IMG/VR virus record: IMGVR_UViG_3300047554_000765
Location: 1 to 54,214 of that record
Direction: 5' to 3' (one strand)
DNA length: 54,214 nucleotides
Source of the DNA: a virus
Lineage: Duplodnaviria; Caudoviricetes
The translations under genes and the position numbers were made by a program. The notes beneath the pieces were generated by a model. It was given only the letters and a program-made list of their open reading frames with translations. It had not been told where the DNA came from and did not search any database. This document shows, piece by piece, positions 31,906 through 40,028 of the stretch; within the stretch, counting starts at the first letter, position 1; every line of letters starts with the position of its first letter.

Positions 31906-32916
31906 TTAAATCAGCTTAAACGCTGGCCCCTCTCTGAAACTCTGTGCATGCCTGTCGTACTCTAGTTTGTCATAATTTGGATCGTACTCACACCATTTTG
32001 GATCTAATCCAGAGAACTCGCAGTATTTTTGAATACACTCTTTGCTTGCTTCGGATGTCCTACCAGATAGTAAATTATTGAGTTTTATCATGGTTTCGTC
32101 AGATTGTTGCCAAAAAGCTTCTTTATTTAGGTCGCTCCATGGGCGGTGAGTTGTCATTCTCGAGAGCTGCTCTTTTGGGTATTCTTTTACCGTGTCATGG
32201 TAATACATAATCACTGGACTTGCAAACATCCGCCACCCAGCGCACCAAGTTTTTACCGTCATATAAATTTCTTCTGCATGGTAGTTAATCTCTGGGTCTA
32301 AAGGAACCTCTTTTACGTAATCCTTATTTGCAAACACCCAGCTGTATTGAAGGTAAGTTTCTTCTACTACGTCATTTACATCTTCTACTGGGAATTGGCT
32401 TGACCAGCCATAGCCCGGGACGTAGTCCTTATCTAATACACCTCTACGATAATTTAAGGTTCTCCCCCTAGCTGTGTTAATTAACGCCTCTCCTTCGCTC
32501 GAGTAAAAAATCTCTGGAGCTGCAAAGGTTAAAACTGGCTTGTCGCTATAAGAATAGGCTTTTTTATATTCGAATATGGCAAGTTCATCCCATGAATTAG
32601 CAAATCTATTGTGACCGCAGGTATAGAGTATGTAGTCATACGGCTTATCTACTTCAGTAGTTTTGTGTCTAGACCAGAGCACACCACGGTACTCCGAGAG
32701 ATCATACTTTCTATAAATAAGTTGGTCTGACGGGATAAAACTTAGGTCTGCATGAAGGCTATCTAGGGGTTGTTCGGAGACAATAGAAAATATAAGACGG
32801 GTTGGATTACTTGCTTTTTCGTAGCAGTCTTTTACTGACTCAGCCAGATACTTTTCTCGATATGCAATCATCGAAACAAGTATTTTAGGTTCGTTTAATG
32901 TATCCTGGTATGTCAT
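31906..32916 (-). CDS. Glycosyltransferase resembling Skp1 hydroxyproline GlcNAc-transferase (Gnt1/GT60, Pfam GlcNAc)
   Basis: ILVSMIAYRE, KASNPTRL, RGVLWSR, YILYTCGHNRFANSWD, EVPLDP, EE......W..GW....P, YH match the family pattern as I recall it. Confidence 0.7.
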   Translation of the reverse strand: MTYQDTLNEPKILVSMIAYREKYLAESVKDCYEKASNPTRLIFSIVSEQPLDSLHADLSFIPSDQLIYRKYDLSEYRGVLWSRHKTTEVDKPYDYILYTCGHNRFANSWDELAIFEYKKAYSYSDKPVLTFAAPEIFYSSEGEALINTARGRTLNYRRGVLDKDYVPGYGWSSQFPVEDVNDVVEETYLQYSWVFANKDYVKEVPLDPEINYHAEEIYMTVKTWCAGWRMFASPVIMYYHDTVKEYPKEQLSRMTTHRPWSDLNKEAFWQQSDETMIKLNNLLSGRTSEASKECIQKYCEFSGLDPKWCEYDPNYDKLEYDRHAQSFREGPAFKLI

Positions 32917-33688
32917 TTATAAAATCCTCGTCCACCACGGAACACTGCGAACATCCATTTGGTGTGCATATATAGTTTTCTGGTGGAATTCCATCAAACC
33001 TAGGGGCATGTCCTCGATATTCATAGTATCTAATATCACCATCAAGTTTATAGATATCCATCGTTTCACGGAGTTCTTTATCTTGATTTGGATCATAAGC
33101 GTCTAAGTCATATAGCCAGTGTTCTGGTCCAACAAATAAAGCAAACATAAGAGTAACATAGGCGTCTGGATTATCCACTGGATAGGGTGGACGAGAGTGT
33201 GTTTGTTGCTGTCCCATGAAGAGAACGCCACTGTTTGGAGATTCATCAAACTCCTCATCATCAATGATTAGCCCCCAACTTTCAATTCCCGGAGACTCTA
33301 TGCATATGTCCATGGTGTACTGGGTCCCCGGCTGGTCCATATGCTCCCATAGATAGGGGGTGGCTCCTTTGTGTTGTTGATATCTTGCAAACCATATAAT
33401 TTTCAGTCTTAGATCTGACCTACCCCAGGACTCTGAAGCAAGTGTGCGCAGGTGGTTCCAGATATGCTCTGGCATATCAACCTCTACGGTCCAGCGACCA
33501 GTTATCGTGTGGTATTGAGCTCCACCGTACTGTTCGTCTGTTTCTGGCCCCCAATTAGCGTTCTTTTTTAGAAGAAACTTTATTTCTTCTAACATTTCTT
33601 CAGAAAAAATATTTTTCTTTTGGAATGCAGGAACACCCTCGGGAAGTGGCCATTTAATGTTTGGGCTATTGTCTGCTGTTACTGGCAT
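32885..33688 (-). CDS. Divergent 2OG-Fe(II) oxygenase-like protein with Cys-rich tail
   Basis: ARY, LWEHMD, YTMD, HSR; similar to 31307-31903; C-terminal CTPNGCSQC. Confidence 0.65.
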   Translation of the reverse strand: MPVTADNSPNIKWPLPEGVPAFQKKNIFSEEMLEEIKFLLKKNANWGPETDEQYGGAQYHTITGRWTVEVDMPEHIWNHLRTLASESWGRSDLRLKIIWFARYQQHKGATPYLWEHMDQPGTQYTMDICIESPGIESWGLIIDDEEFDESPNSGVLFMGQQQTHSRPPYPVDNPDAYVTLMFALFVGPEHWLYDLDAYDPNQDKELRETMDIYKLDGDIRYYEYRGHAPRFDGIPPENYICTPNGCSQCSVVDEDFINDIPGYIKRT

Positions 33689-33699
33689 TATCTCGTCCT

Positions 33700-33736
33700 A
33701 AAAGAATAGAGGGGTAGATTTCTCTACCCCTCTATT
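33700..33736 (-). terminator. Rho-independent terminator after the FN3/Phe-Pro gene
   Basis: Perfect 14-bp stem AATAGAGGGGTAGA/TCTACCCCTCTATT, GAAA loop on the minus strand, then CTTTT. Confidence 0.85.
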
Positions 33737-33740
33737 TTAC

Positions 33741-34682
33741 CTATTCGGCTTTCGGCTCTTTTGGATCCTCTTCGGTATCTTCTACCGAATCCGCTTCCTT
33801 AGCCAGTTCGCGCTCATCAATAGAGGTGATTGCAAAGCGTGGTGGGAAGAACGGGAATCGAGGTGGGAAGAACGGGAAGAACGGGAAGAACGGGAAGTAT
33901 GGGAAAAACGGTGGGAAGAACGGGAAGAACGGGAAGAACGGGAAGTATGGGAAAAACGGTGGGAAGAACGGGAAGAACGGGAAGAACGGGAAGTATGGGA
34001 AAAACGGAAAGTAAGGAAAATAAGGGAAGTAAGGAAAATAAGGGAAGTAAGGGGGAAAAAACGGTGGTGTGGTATTGCTGATAGAGTATCCGGACCACTC
34101 AGAGGTTCCATTTGCGTTGGTGGCTCGCACCCTATACTGCTGTGAGGTATCTGCTTCTTGAGCTACGTTTGCAGTTGTTCCTGCTGTGTTTCCTGATTTA
34201 GCATCATTACTTTCCCAGTAATAGACACCGAGAAGTTTACCTCCGTTTGCTGGGGCAGTCCAAGATACATAGTCTGTTTGGTCGCCAGAGTAGTTCTGCA
34301 CTGTAGGTGCGTTTGGCGTGGCTGGAACTGTGGTAATTGCTACTGGTGATGACTCTGTGGAAAAAGCAGATGTTCCAGCTGCGTTTGTTGCTGATACCTT
34401 AAAAGTATATGAGGTATCTGAATTTAGTCCACCAACTACTATTGGAGATGATGATCCGGTAGTTCCTGTTGCTGTAGTGTCTTCCGAACTGCCAGGAAGG
34501 TAGGCTTTTACAGTATAAGAGGTTGCAGCAGGCGAGTCGGCAGGTAGTTCGAATGACACACTGGCAGCGCCATCATTGAAGGCGCGACTAGTTCCGACGT
34601 CAGTAGCTGTAACGTTTATCGGAGCTTTAGGCTCCAAAAAGTCATTCTGCTGCTGAGACTTTCTACCTGAACGCTTACTCAT
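33741..34682 (-). CDS. Two-FN3-domain protein with a Phe/Tyr-Phe-Pro repeat tail and acidic C-terminus
   Basis: FN3 hallmarks (P.AP, GLNSDTSYTFKVSATNAAG; YRVRATNANG.S.WS), then 78 aa of almost only F/P/Y, then an acidic 30-aa end. Confidence 0.85.
   Translation of the reverse strand: MSKRSGRKSQQQNDFLEPKAPINVTATDVGTSRAFNDGAASVSFELPADSPAATSYTVKAYLPGSSEDTTATGTTGSSSPIVVGGLNSDTSYTFKVSATNAAGTSAFSTESSPVAITTVPATPNAPTVQNYSGDQTDYVSWTAPANGGKLLGVYYWESNDAKSGNTAGTTANVAQEADTSQQYRVRATNANGTSEWSGYSISNTTPPFFPPYFPYFPYFPYFPYFPFFPYFPFFPFFPFFPPFFPYFPFFPFFPFFPPFFPYFPFFPFFPFFPPRFPFFPPRFAITSIDERELAKEADSVEDTEEDPKEPKAE
33834..34067 (-). repeat. Coding tandem repeat: 9-nt units, including three exact 48-nt copies (33862-34005)
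   Basis: Plus-strand unit ggt(gggaagaac)x3 gggaagtat gggaaaaac repeated three times; encodes FFPYFPFFPFFPFFPP. Confidence 0.95.
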
Positions 34683-34705
34683 AATATGTCATTCTACTCT
34701 ATCTA

Positions 34706-37700
34706 CTAAGACGCTAGGTCTCCATAAACTATCCAGCTATTTGAGCCAATCTTCAAGCATGTAGCCGAAGAGTAGCGAGCTCGAAGGTTCAACCCTGGTG
34801 TAGCAACTACTGATGTAGTTCCTGCGTTTGCTGCAGCGATGTTTAGTGCACCTGTATTTAATCTTATAACATCAAATGAAGTTCCCACAGGGAAATTAGT
34901 GGTTGCATCTGTAGGAATACTTACTGTAGCACTTGAAGTGGAATCTACAAGAATAATCAAGTCACGCTCTGCAGTACCCGAGTCTGCACCCACGGTATAT
35001 GAGGCAGTTTTTGTTGCAAAGACAGAAATAGATGGTACTCCAGCTTTTGTTTGTGTAGCATCAGTAAATGCTACTCCGCTAGCTGATACAGTTACGGTTC
35101 CGGTGAAGGTGGGGTCTGCGGTTGGAGCTTTAGAATCTAACTGAGTTTGAATAGCTGAAGTTACACCATTCAAGTACTGAAGCTCGGTGTTTGATACATC
35201 TCCAATAGTTGCCGAGTCAGCGGTTAAAGACTCTACTGCAATTGGGGCTAACCCAAAACTTGAGTGAGCAGTGTTGATAAAAATTGCGTCATCTGGCTCG
35301 GGTGTGTAGCCATCAAAAATCTTAAAGACCCCGTCGCTAGCATCTCTAAACATACCAGCGTGAGCGTATCCAACACCGTTTACAGTGTCGTAGCGCCCGG
35401 CGGCCCAGCCGAGGTCTGGGTTGAAGTGGACCTTGCCTCGCGCGGTTCCACCGCTAGTGTATGTGTCGGTCACGGTACTAGTTACTGTAAAGGTCGTGCT
35501 TGTTACAGCTGTGATTTGTAGCCCATCTCCAGAAATGTTGAATGAAGATGGGGTTACGTCTGATACCGTTACATAGTCTCCGGCCTCGTAGCCGTGAGTA
35601 GCCTGAGTTGTATATACAACACTTGTACCATCGCCAACAGCGTTAGTAATTACGCTTGCTCCGGCTTGGTTCAGGTAAATCATGTTATCGCGGAGCTTTA
35701 GATCAGCGGCGCTAACGGTTGTAGTCGTCCCCTGAACTACTAAGTTTCCAGTAATAGTTAGGCCGGGGATCTCTACTGAACCAGTAAAGGTTGCTCCAGA
35801 GAGAGCAGCTTTAGCATCTAGCTGCGTCTGGATTGCAGAGGTTACGCCATTTACGTATCCGATTTCAGTTGAAGAAACATCGCCAATCGAGGTAGTCGAC
35901 GGTAACGATATTGTTCCGCTAAATGTAGCGTTAGCACTAGGCGCTTTTAGATCTAAAGCACCCTGAGTTGCTGTGGAAATTGGCTTGTCTACATCCGCAG
36001 TATTATCTACGTTACCAAGGCCCACCATAGACTTTGTAATACCGGACACTGTCCCTGTGAAAGTTGGGTCATTAATAGGGGACTTAGCATCTAGCTGCGT
36101 CTGGATTGCAGAGGTTACGCCATCTACATAGTTCAACTCGGTTGTGGTAGCGGTAAGTCCATCTAGTGTGTTTAACTCTGCAGTGCTTAGAGTTGCTCCA
36201 GATAGTAGGTTTATCTCTACAGCGGTTGCAGTAACACCATCAAGAATATTTAGTTCGGCTACACTGGCGGTAATTCCATCAAGAGTATTTAGCTCGGCTG
36301 TGGATATCATTGCACCACTGAGAATATTGATCTCTGCTGCGGTTGCAGTGACCCCGCTCAGCGTATTTAGTTCCGAGGTAGTGAGGGTTGCGCCATCAAG
36401 AATATTCAGTTCTGAAGTAGAAGCAGTTATCCCATCTAAAGTGTTAAGTTCAGACGCTGTAGCAGTGACACCGTCAAGAATATTCAACTCCGAGGTGGAT
36501 GCGGTAATTCCAGTTAAAATATTAAGCTCTAAAGTAGACGAAGTTAGTCCATCTAGAAGGTTTATCTCAGCAGTGCTGGCTGTTACTCCGTTAAGAATGT
36601 TCAGCTCTGCGGTACTTGATAGTATTCCATCTAAAGTGTTTAGTTCTGCAGTAGATAAAGTAGCACCATCTAAAATACTGAGCTCGGTGCCACTTGCAGT
36701 TAGGCCTGATAGTAATGCAATCTCTGATCCAGTGACCGTTCCAATGGTTGTGGTGCTTGGAAGAGAGACGTTTCCGGTTAGGGTTGGGCTTTCCTTATAT
36801 ACCAAGTTTGCGGTATCAGTTATGCCGTGAATGCTAACGGTTGCATCTGAGTGGTTCTCTACAGCAGTCGAAACATCGGTTAGATATGCCAAGTTATTTG
36901 TATCTGAGATTCCATGAATCTCTGTAGTTCTATTGTGAGCAGTAACTTCATCATCTACATACCCCTTAGTGGCTGCGTGTAGACCTGTAGTTGGGGCTCC
37001 AGACAGTACTAATGCACCAGTCATGGTGTCCCCGGCTTTGGAGACCTTAGTGCCAATTGAAGTTGCTACAGTAGTAGAAAAGTTTGCATCATCACCAATT
37101 GCCGCGGCTAGCTCATTTAAGGTATCTAGTAGGGCCGGGGCAGTATCTACAATTCCGGCTACAGCGGTGTCTACATAGCCTTTAGTAGCTGCGTCAGTGT
37201 TCAGTGATGGCGTTGCCAAGTTGGTTACAGTGTTACCATCAGCATCCAACTCCGTACCTAGAGTTTTATATGACAGAGTTTGAATATCAGTTGTTCCAAC
37301 TACATCACCAATAAGGCCGTGGACTCCATTAGTCTCGATGGAGTGCGCGCCAACAGCGCCAGATATTCTGTCAGTAACCGTGTTTCCGGTGGTTCCGTCA
37401 ACGGTAACATCACCAATCAGATCGTCGGTGTAGTCCGTTGCATTTGTTTCTGCAGTTGACGCGGCACCCGAGGCGTCATACCAAGTGTCAACGGTAGTGC
37501 GGTCAATCTGAATCTGACCAGTAGCGATCTCGAGACCGCCATTTGTAGCAAGATCAGCCGAAATAGTTCCGGTCAAATAACTAATGCCATCACCACCGCT
37601 TAAGTGGCTATCTACACGTGCATCGGTGTAGTAGAGATTGGTAGTGCCCTCGGTAAGATCATCGGTATCAGAATCCGCTACGCCATTTTCTGCAGTAATG

Positions 37701-38041
37701 GTAAGCCCAGATCCATTGCCTGTAATGGTAATGTTGGAAAGGGTAGCGCCAGTTAGTAGCTCTGCAGCGTCGGTCTTTGCACGCGCTTCAGTGTAGTAGA
37801 GATTGGTAGATCCCTCTTCAATGTCATCTGTATCTAAAGCGTCAATAGCTGCGGTTATAGCCGAGCTAATTTCGGATACGCTGTTAGTTGCGTACCCTAG
37901 GCTTGTCCAGGCAGTAGCTCCGTCACCAATTTTAAACTTTTTGGTGTTGGTTTCTAAACCAACTTCTCCAACAGCAAGCGTTGGATTATATGAAGTCCAG
38001 TTAGTGGCTGTATCGTGCCTAATAATAATTTTAACTGCCAT
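34706..38041 (-). CDS. Long fibre protein (1111 aa) with Mtd/hyaluronidase-like N-terminal motif and 13-aa repeats
   Basis: RHDTATNW...NPTLAVGEVGLETNT..FKIGDG, AATKGYVD, LDTLNELAAAI, ELNILDG repeats, C-terminal YGDLA domain. Confidence 0.85.
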   Translation of the reverse strand: MAVKIIIRHDTATNWTSYNPTLAVGEVGLETNTKKFKIGDGATAWTSLGYATNSVSEISSAITAAIDALDTDDIEEGSTNLYYTEARAKTDAAELLTGATLSNITITGNGSGLTITAENGVADSDTDDLTEGTTNLYYTDARVDSHLSGGDGISYLTGTISADLATNGGLEIATGQIQIDRTTVDTWYDASGAASTAETNATDYTDDLIGDVTVDGTTGNTVTDRISGAVGAHSIETNGVHGLIGDVVGTTDIQTLSYKTLGTELDADGNTVTNLATPSLNTDAATKGYVDTAVAGIVDTAPALLDTLNELAAAIGDDANFSTTVATSIGTKVSKAGDTMTGALVLSGAPTTGLHAATKGYVDDEVTAHNRTTEIHGISDTNNLAYLTDVSTAVENHSDATVSIHGITDTANLVYKESPTLTGNVSLPSTTTIGTVTGSEIALLSGLTASGTELSILDGATLSTAELNTLDGILSSTAELNILNGVTASTAEINLLDGLTSSTLELNILTGITASTSELNILDGVTATASELNTLDGITASTSELNILDGATLTTSELNTLSGVTATAAEINILSGAMISTAELNTLDGITASVAELNILDGVTATAVEINLLSGATLSTAELNTLDGLTATTTELNYVDGVTSAIQTQLDAKSPINDPTFTGTVSGITKSMVGLGNVDNTADVDKPISTATQGALDLKAPSANATFSGTISLPSTTSIGDVSSTEIGYVNGVTSAIQTQLDAKAALSGATFTGSVEIPGLTITGNLVVQGTTTTVSAADLKLRDNMIYLNQAGASVITNAVGDGTSVVYTTQATHGYEAGDYVTVSDVTPSSFNISGDGLQITAVTSTTFTVTSTVTDTYTSGGTARGKVHFNPDLGWAAGRYDTVNGVGYAHAGMFRDASDGVFKIFDGYTPEPDDAIFINTAHSSFGLAPIAVESLTADSATIGDVSNTELQYLNGVTSAIQTQLDSKAPTADPTFTGTVTVSASGVAFTDATQTKAGVPSISVFATKTASYTVGADSGTAERDLIILVDSTSSATVSIPTDATTNFPVGTSFDVIRLNTGALNIAAANAGTTSVVATPGLNLRARYSSATCLKIGSNSWIVYGDLAS
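36115..36730 (-). repeat. 16 degenerate 39-nt repeats (T.S..ELNxLDG)
   Basis: 16 units counted in the translation from EIALLSG to ELNYVDG; boundaries approximate. Confidence 0.85.
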
Positions 38042-38043
38042 GA

Positions 38044-38391
38044 TTATCCGTTCGCGCCTCCACCATTTACGGTGACTAGATAGGTAGAGCCTGCGGTCCC
38101 ACCGTCTAATACGTCATAATTTGTTCCAGTCAACACGTCGGTATCAACGTTGACCCATTTTTCAGAAGTTGAGTTATAAATAGCTACTTGATTATTAGCT
38201 AAGTTCGTGAGCTCCACGTCCGACAATTCAGCAAATGACCCGACGCCACCCTGAGATATTGCCCACGCTGTACCGTTATGTACATAAAGTGCTTGTTCGT
38301 CTAGTTTATAGAATAAATCGCCAGCGGAACCTACCGAAGGGAGTGTATTCCCCTTCGGTAGGTTTACTGGGGTTAAAAACTTTCTAGACAT
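38044..38391 (-). CDS. Small virion fibre-associated protein
   Basis: MSRKFLT start shared with the neighbour; GDLFY, ELSDV, YNS...KWVN fibre motifs. Confidence 0.7.
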   Translation of the reverse strand: MSRKFLTPVNLPKGNTLPSVGSAGDLFYKLDEQALYVHNGTAWAISQGGVGSFAELSDVELTNLANNQVAIYNSTSEKWVNVDTDVLTGTNYDVLDGGTAGSTYLVTVNGGGANG

Positions 38392-38410
38392 TTAGTGCTT
38401 TCTAATGCTA

Positions 38411-39700
38411 CTAGCTTGTTACAACAACTCTATAGGTGTCTGCTGCTACCTCAGAAGACGCTACCCAGCTGAGGGTCACTACTGAAGTACTTGTGCGTAT
38501 AACATCTACCTCTACCTGAGCATAGCCTGAAACTTCGTAAACTTGGACTATAACATCACGAGATCCTAGGTTGTGAGTCACTGTCCATGTAACAGATCCG
38601 CTAGTAGGGGTCAGTGCGGTGTTATTGGTTGCATATTTAGTTGCACTGATTGCATCCGAAATCTCGGTATCTACATACTGCTTAGTGGCTGCGTGAAGAT
38701 TGCTGGTCGGGTCAGCGTGTAGAGTTAGCGCACCGGTCATGGTGTCGCCAGCCTTAGCTACCTTTTCGCCGATAGCAGTAGTGATGGTCGCCGAGAAAGA
38801 GGCGTCATCATTGATGGCTGCAGCAAGCTCGTTAAGAGTGTCGAGCAGCGCTGGAGCACCGTCAACTAGGTCTGAAATTGCAGTGTCTACATATAGCTTG
38901 GTAGCTGCATCGCCGTTGCTTGTTGGGGCAGTTAGGTTAGCAATGGTGTACGAGCTATTGGCGCTAACATTTGCACTTAGGACAATGCCTGAGCCTAGAG
39001 TTTTGTTTGTTAGCGTCTGATTGTCTGTGGTGCCAACAACGTCGCCACTTACTCCGTGAGCGCTAGTGTCGTTGATGTGAGTAGTTAGATTGCCCGATAC
39101 AGTACTAGCTGATCCGGCTGCGTCATACCAAGTATCGACAGTAGTTCGGTCAACTTTGATCTGGCCCGTATCAATAGACAAGCCACCGCTAGTCTTTAGG
39201 TCAGCTGAAATAGCACCAGACGAATAGGTGATGCCGTCGCCACCGCTTAAGTGGCTGTCTACACGTGCGGTGGTGAAATATAGGTTGGTTGATCCCTCGG
39301 CTAAATCATCAGTATCAGAATCTGCAACACCGTTTTCCGCGGTGATGGTTAGGCCCGAGCCGTTACCAGTAATGGTGATGTTAGTTAGTGTTGCACTTGT
39401 TAGAAGAGCTGCAGCATCAGTTTTTGCACGTGCAGTGGTGTAATAAAGATTACTACTGCCTTCTTCGATATCATCGGTGTCTAGTGCGTTAATTGCGTTA
39501 GCAATTGCAGTGTCAACGCTGCCACCTTGAGCCAAAGTTAGCCAAGCAGTGCCGTTCCAGTAGCGAAGGGTGTTGTCGCTAGTGTTGTAGTATATCTGAC
39601 CCGCTACTGGGTTTGACGGTGCAGTTGATAGGTTTTGGATTCTTGCATTTAGAAGCTCATTCTTATTAAGATTGAGCCCCGTTAGGAATTGACGTGACAT
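38411..39700 (-). CDS. Fibre/minor structural protein, partly paralogous to the 1111-aa fibre
   Basis: Shares near-identical blocks ALDTDDIEEGS.NLYYT...NITITGNGSGLTITAENGVADSDTDDL and APALLDTLNELAAAI; C-terminal HNLG domain. Confidence 0.8.
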   Translation of the reverse strand: MSRQFLTGLNLNKNELLNARIQNLSTAPSNPVAGQIYYNTSDNTLRYWNGTAWLTLAQGGSVDTAIANAINALDTDDIEEGSSNLYYTTARAKTDAAALLTSATLTNITITGNGSGLTITAENGVADSDTDDLAEGSTNLYFTTARVDSHLSGGDGITYSSGAISADLKTSGGLSIDTGQIKVDRTTVDTWYDAAGSASTVSGNLTTHINDTSAHGVSGDVVGTTDNQTLTNKTLGSGIVLSANVSANSSYTIANLTAPTSNGDAATKLYVDTAISDLVDGAPALLDTLNELAAAINDDASFSATITTAIGEKVAKAGDTMTGALTLHADPTSNLHAATKQYVDTEISDAISATKYATNNTALTPTSGSVTWTVTHNLGSRDVIVQVYEVSGYAQVEVDVIRTSTSVVTLSWVASSEVAADTYRVVVTS

Positions 39701-39710
39701 TTAAGGTTCC

Positions 39711-40028
39711 TTATGAGAGATGAGCTTTTCCAGATATCGAGGCTGAAAAATCAATGGTTAGGGTTGTTTCGTCGCTGTGAGTTACTGCGCCTTCTACCAT
39801 TGATCCCCCGCTATCGAATACCGTTACGTTGGGGTAGAAGTTTAGGTTGTGGACGATTGTCCACGAGTTAGACGTTGCGTTCTGGTTGTGCGTGTATGCA
39901 ACTAAATCTGGTATATCAGAGTTCTGAGTACCGTCAATACCTGCCGGACCTTGCGGACCAGGTGCGGTAACTACGATTTGCCTAACGTAGCGCCCAGTAG
40001 TAATGCTGCTTGGAATGTCTCCAGCCAT
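39711..40028 (-). CDS. Small structural protein with short collagen stub and HNL domain
   Basis: GPQGPAG; WTIVHNLNFYP.VTV.D. Confidence 0.7.
   Translation of the reverse strand: MAGDIPSSITTGRYVRQIVVTAPGPQGPAGIDGTQNSDIPDLVAYTHNQNATSNSWTIVHNLNFYPNVTVFDSGGSMVEGAVTHSDETTLTIDFSASISGKAHLS

Noticed and set aside
26116-33688. Oxygenases as TET/JBP DNA-modifying enzymes
   Set aside because: Motifs (YLNDDYEGG, FP...H.V) are P4H-type and the context is virion fibre genes; not excluded without a profile search
33862-34005. Three 48-nt direct repeats as a CRISPR array
   Set aside because: Contiguous with no spacers, in-frame coding, no cas operon
33826-34111. Alternative-frame and antisense ORFs over the FP repeat (GKNGKN, GRTGRT, SRSSRS, PVLPVL)
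   Set aside because: Shadows of a stop-poor 9-nt repeat; only the F/P frame is continuous with the FN3 domains
37920-38041. Mtd-like N-terminus suggesting a diversity-generating retroelement
   Set aside because: No reverse transcriptase or adenine-variable TR/VR pair seen in the window
36144-39443. Plus-strand ORFs (228 aa, 106 aa and others) opposite the fibre genes
   Set aside because: Antisense shadows of repetitive Thr/Ala/Gly-rich coding sequence
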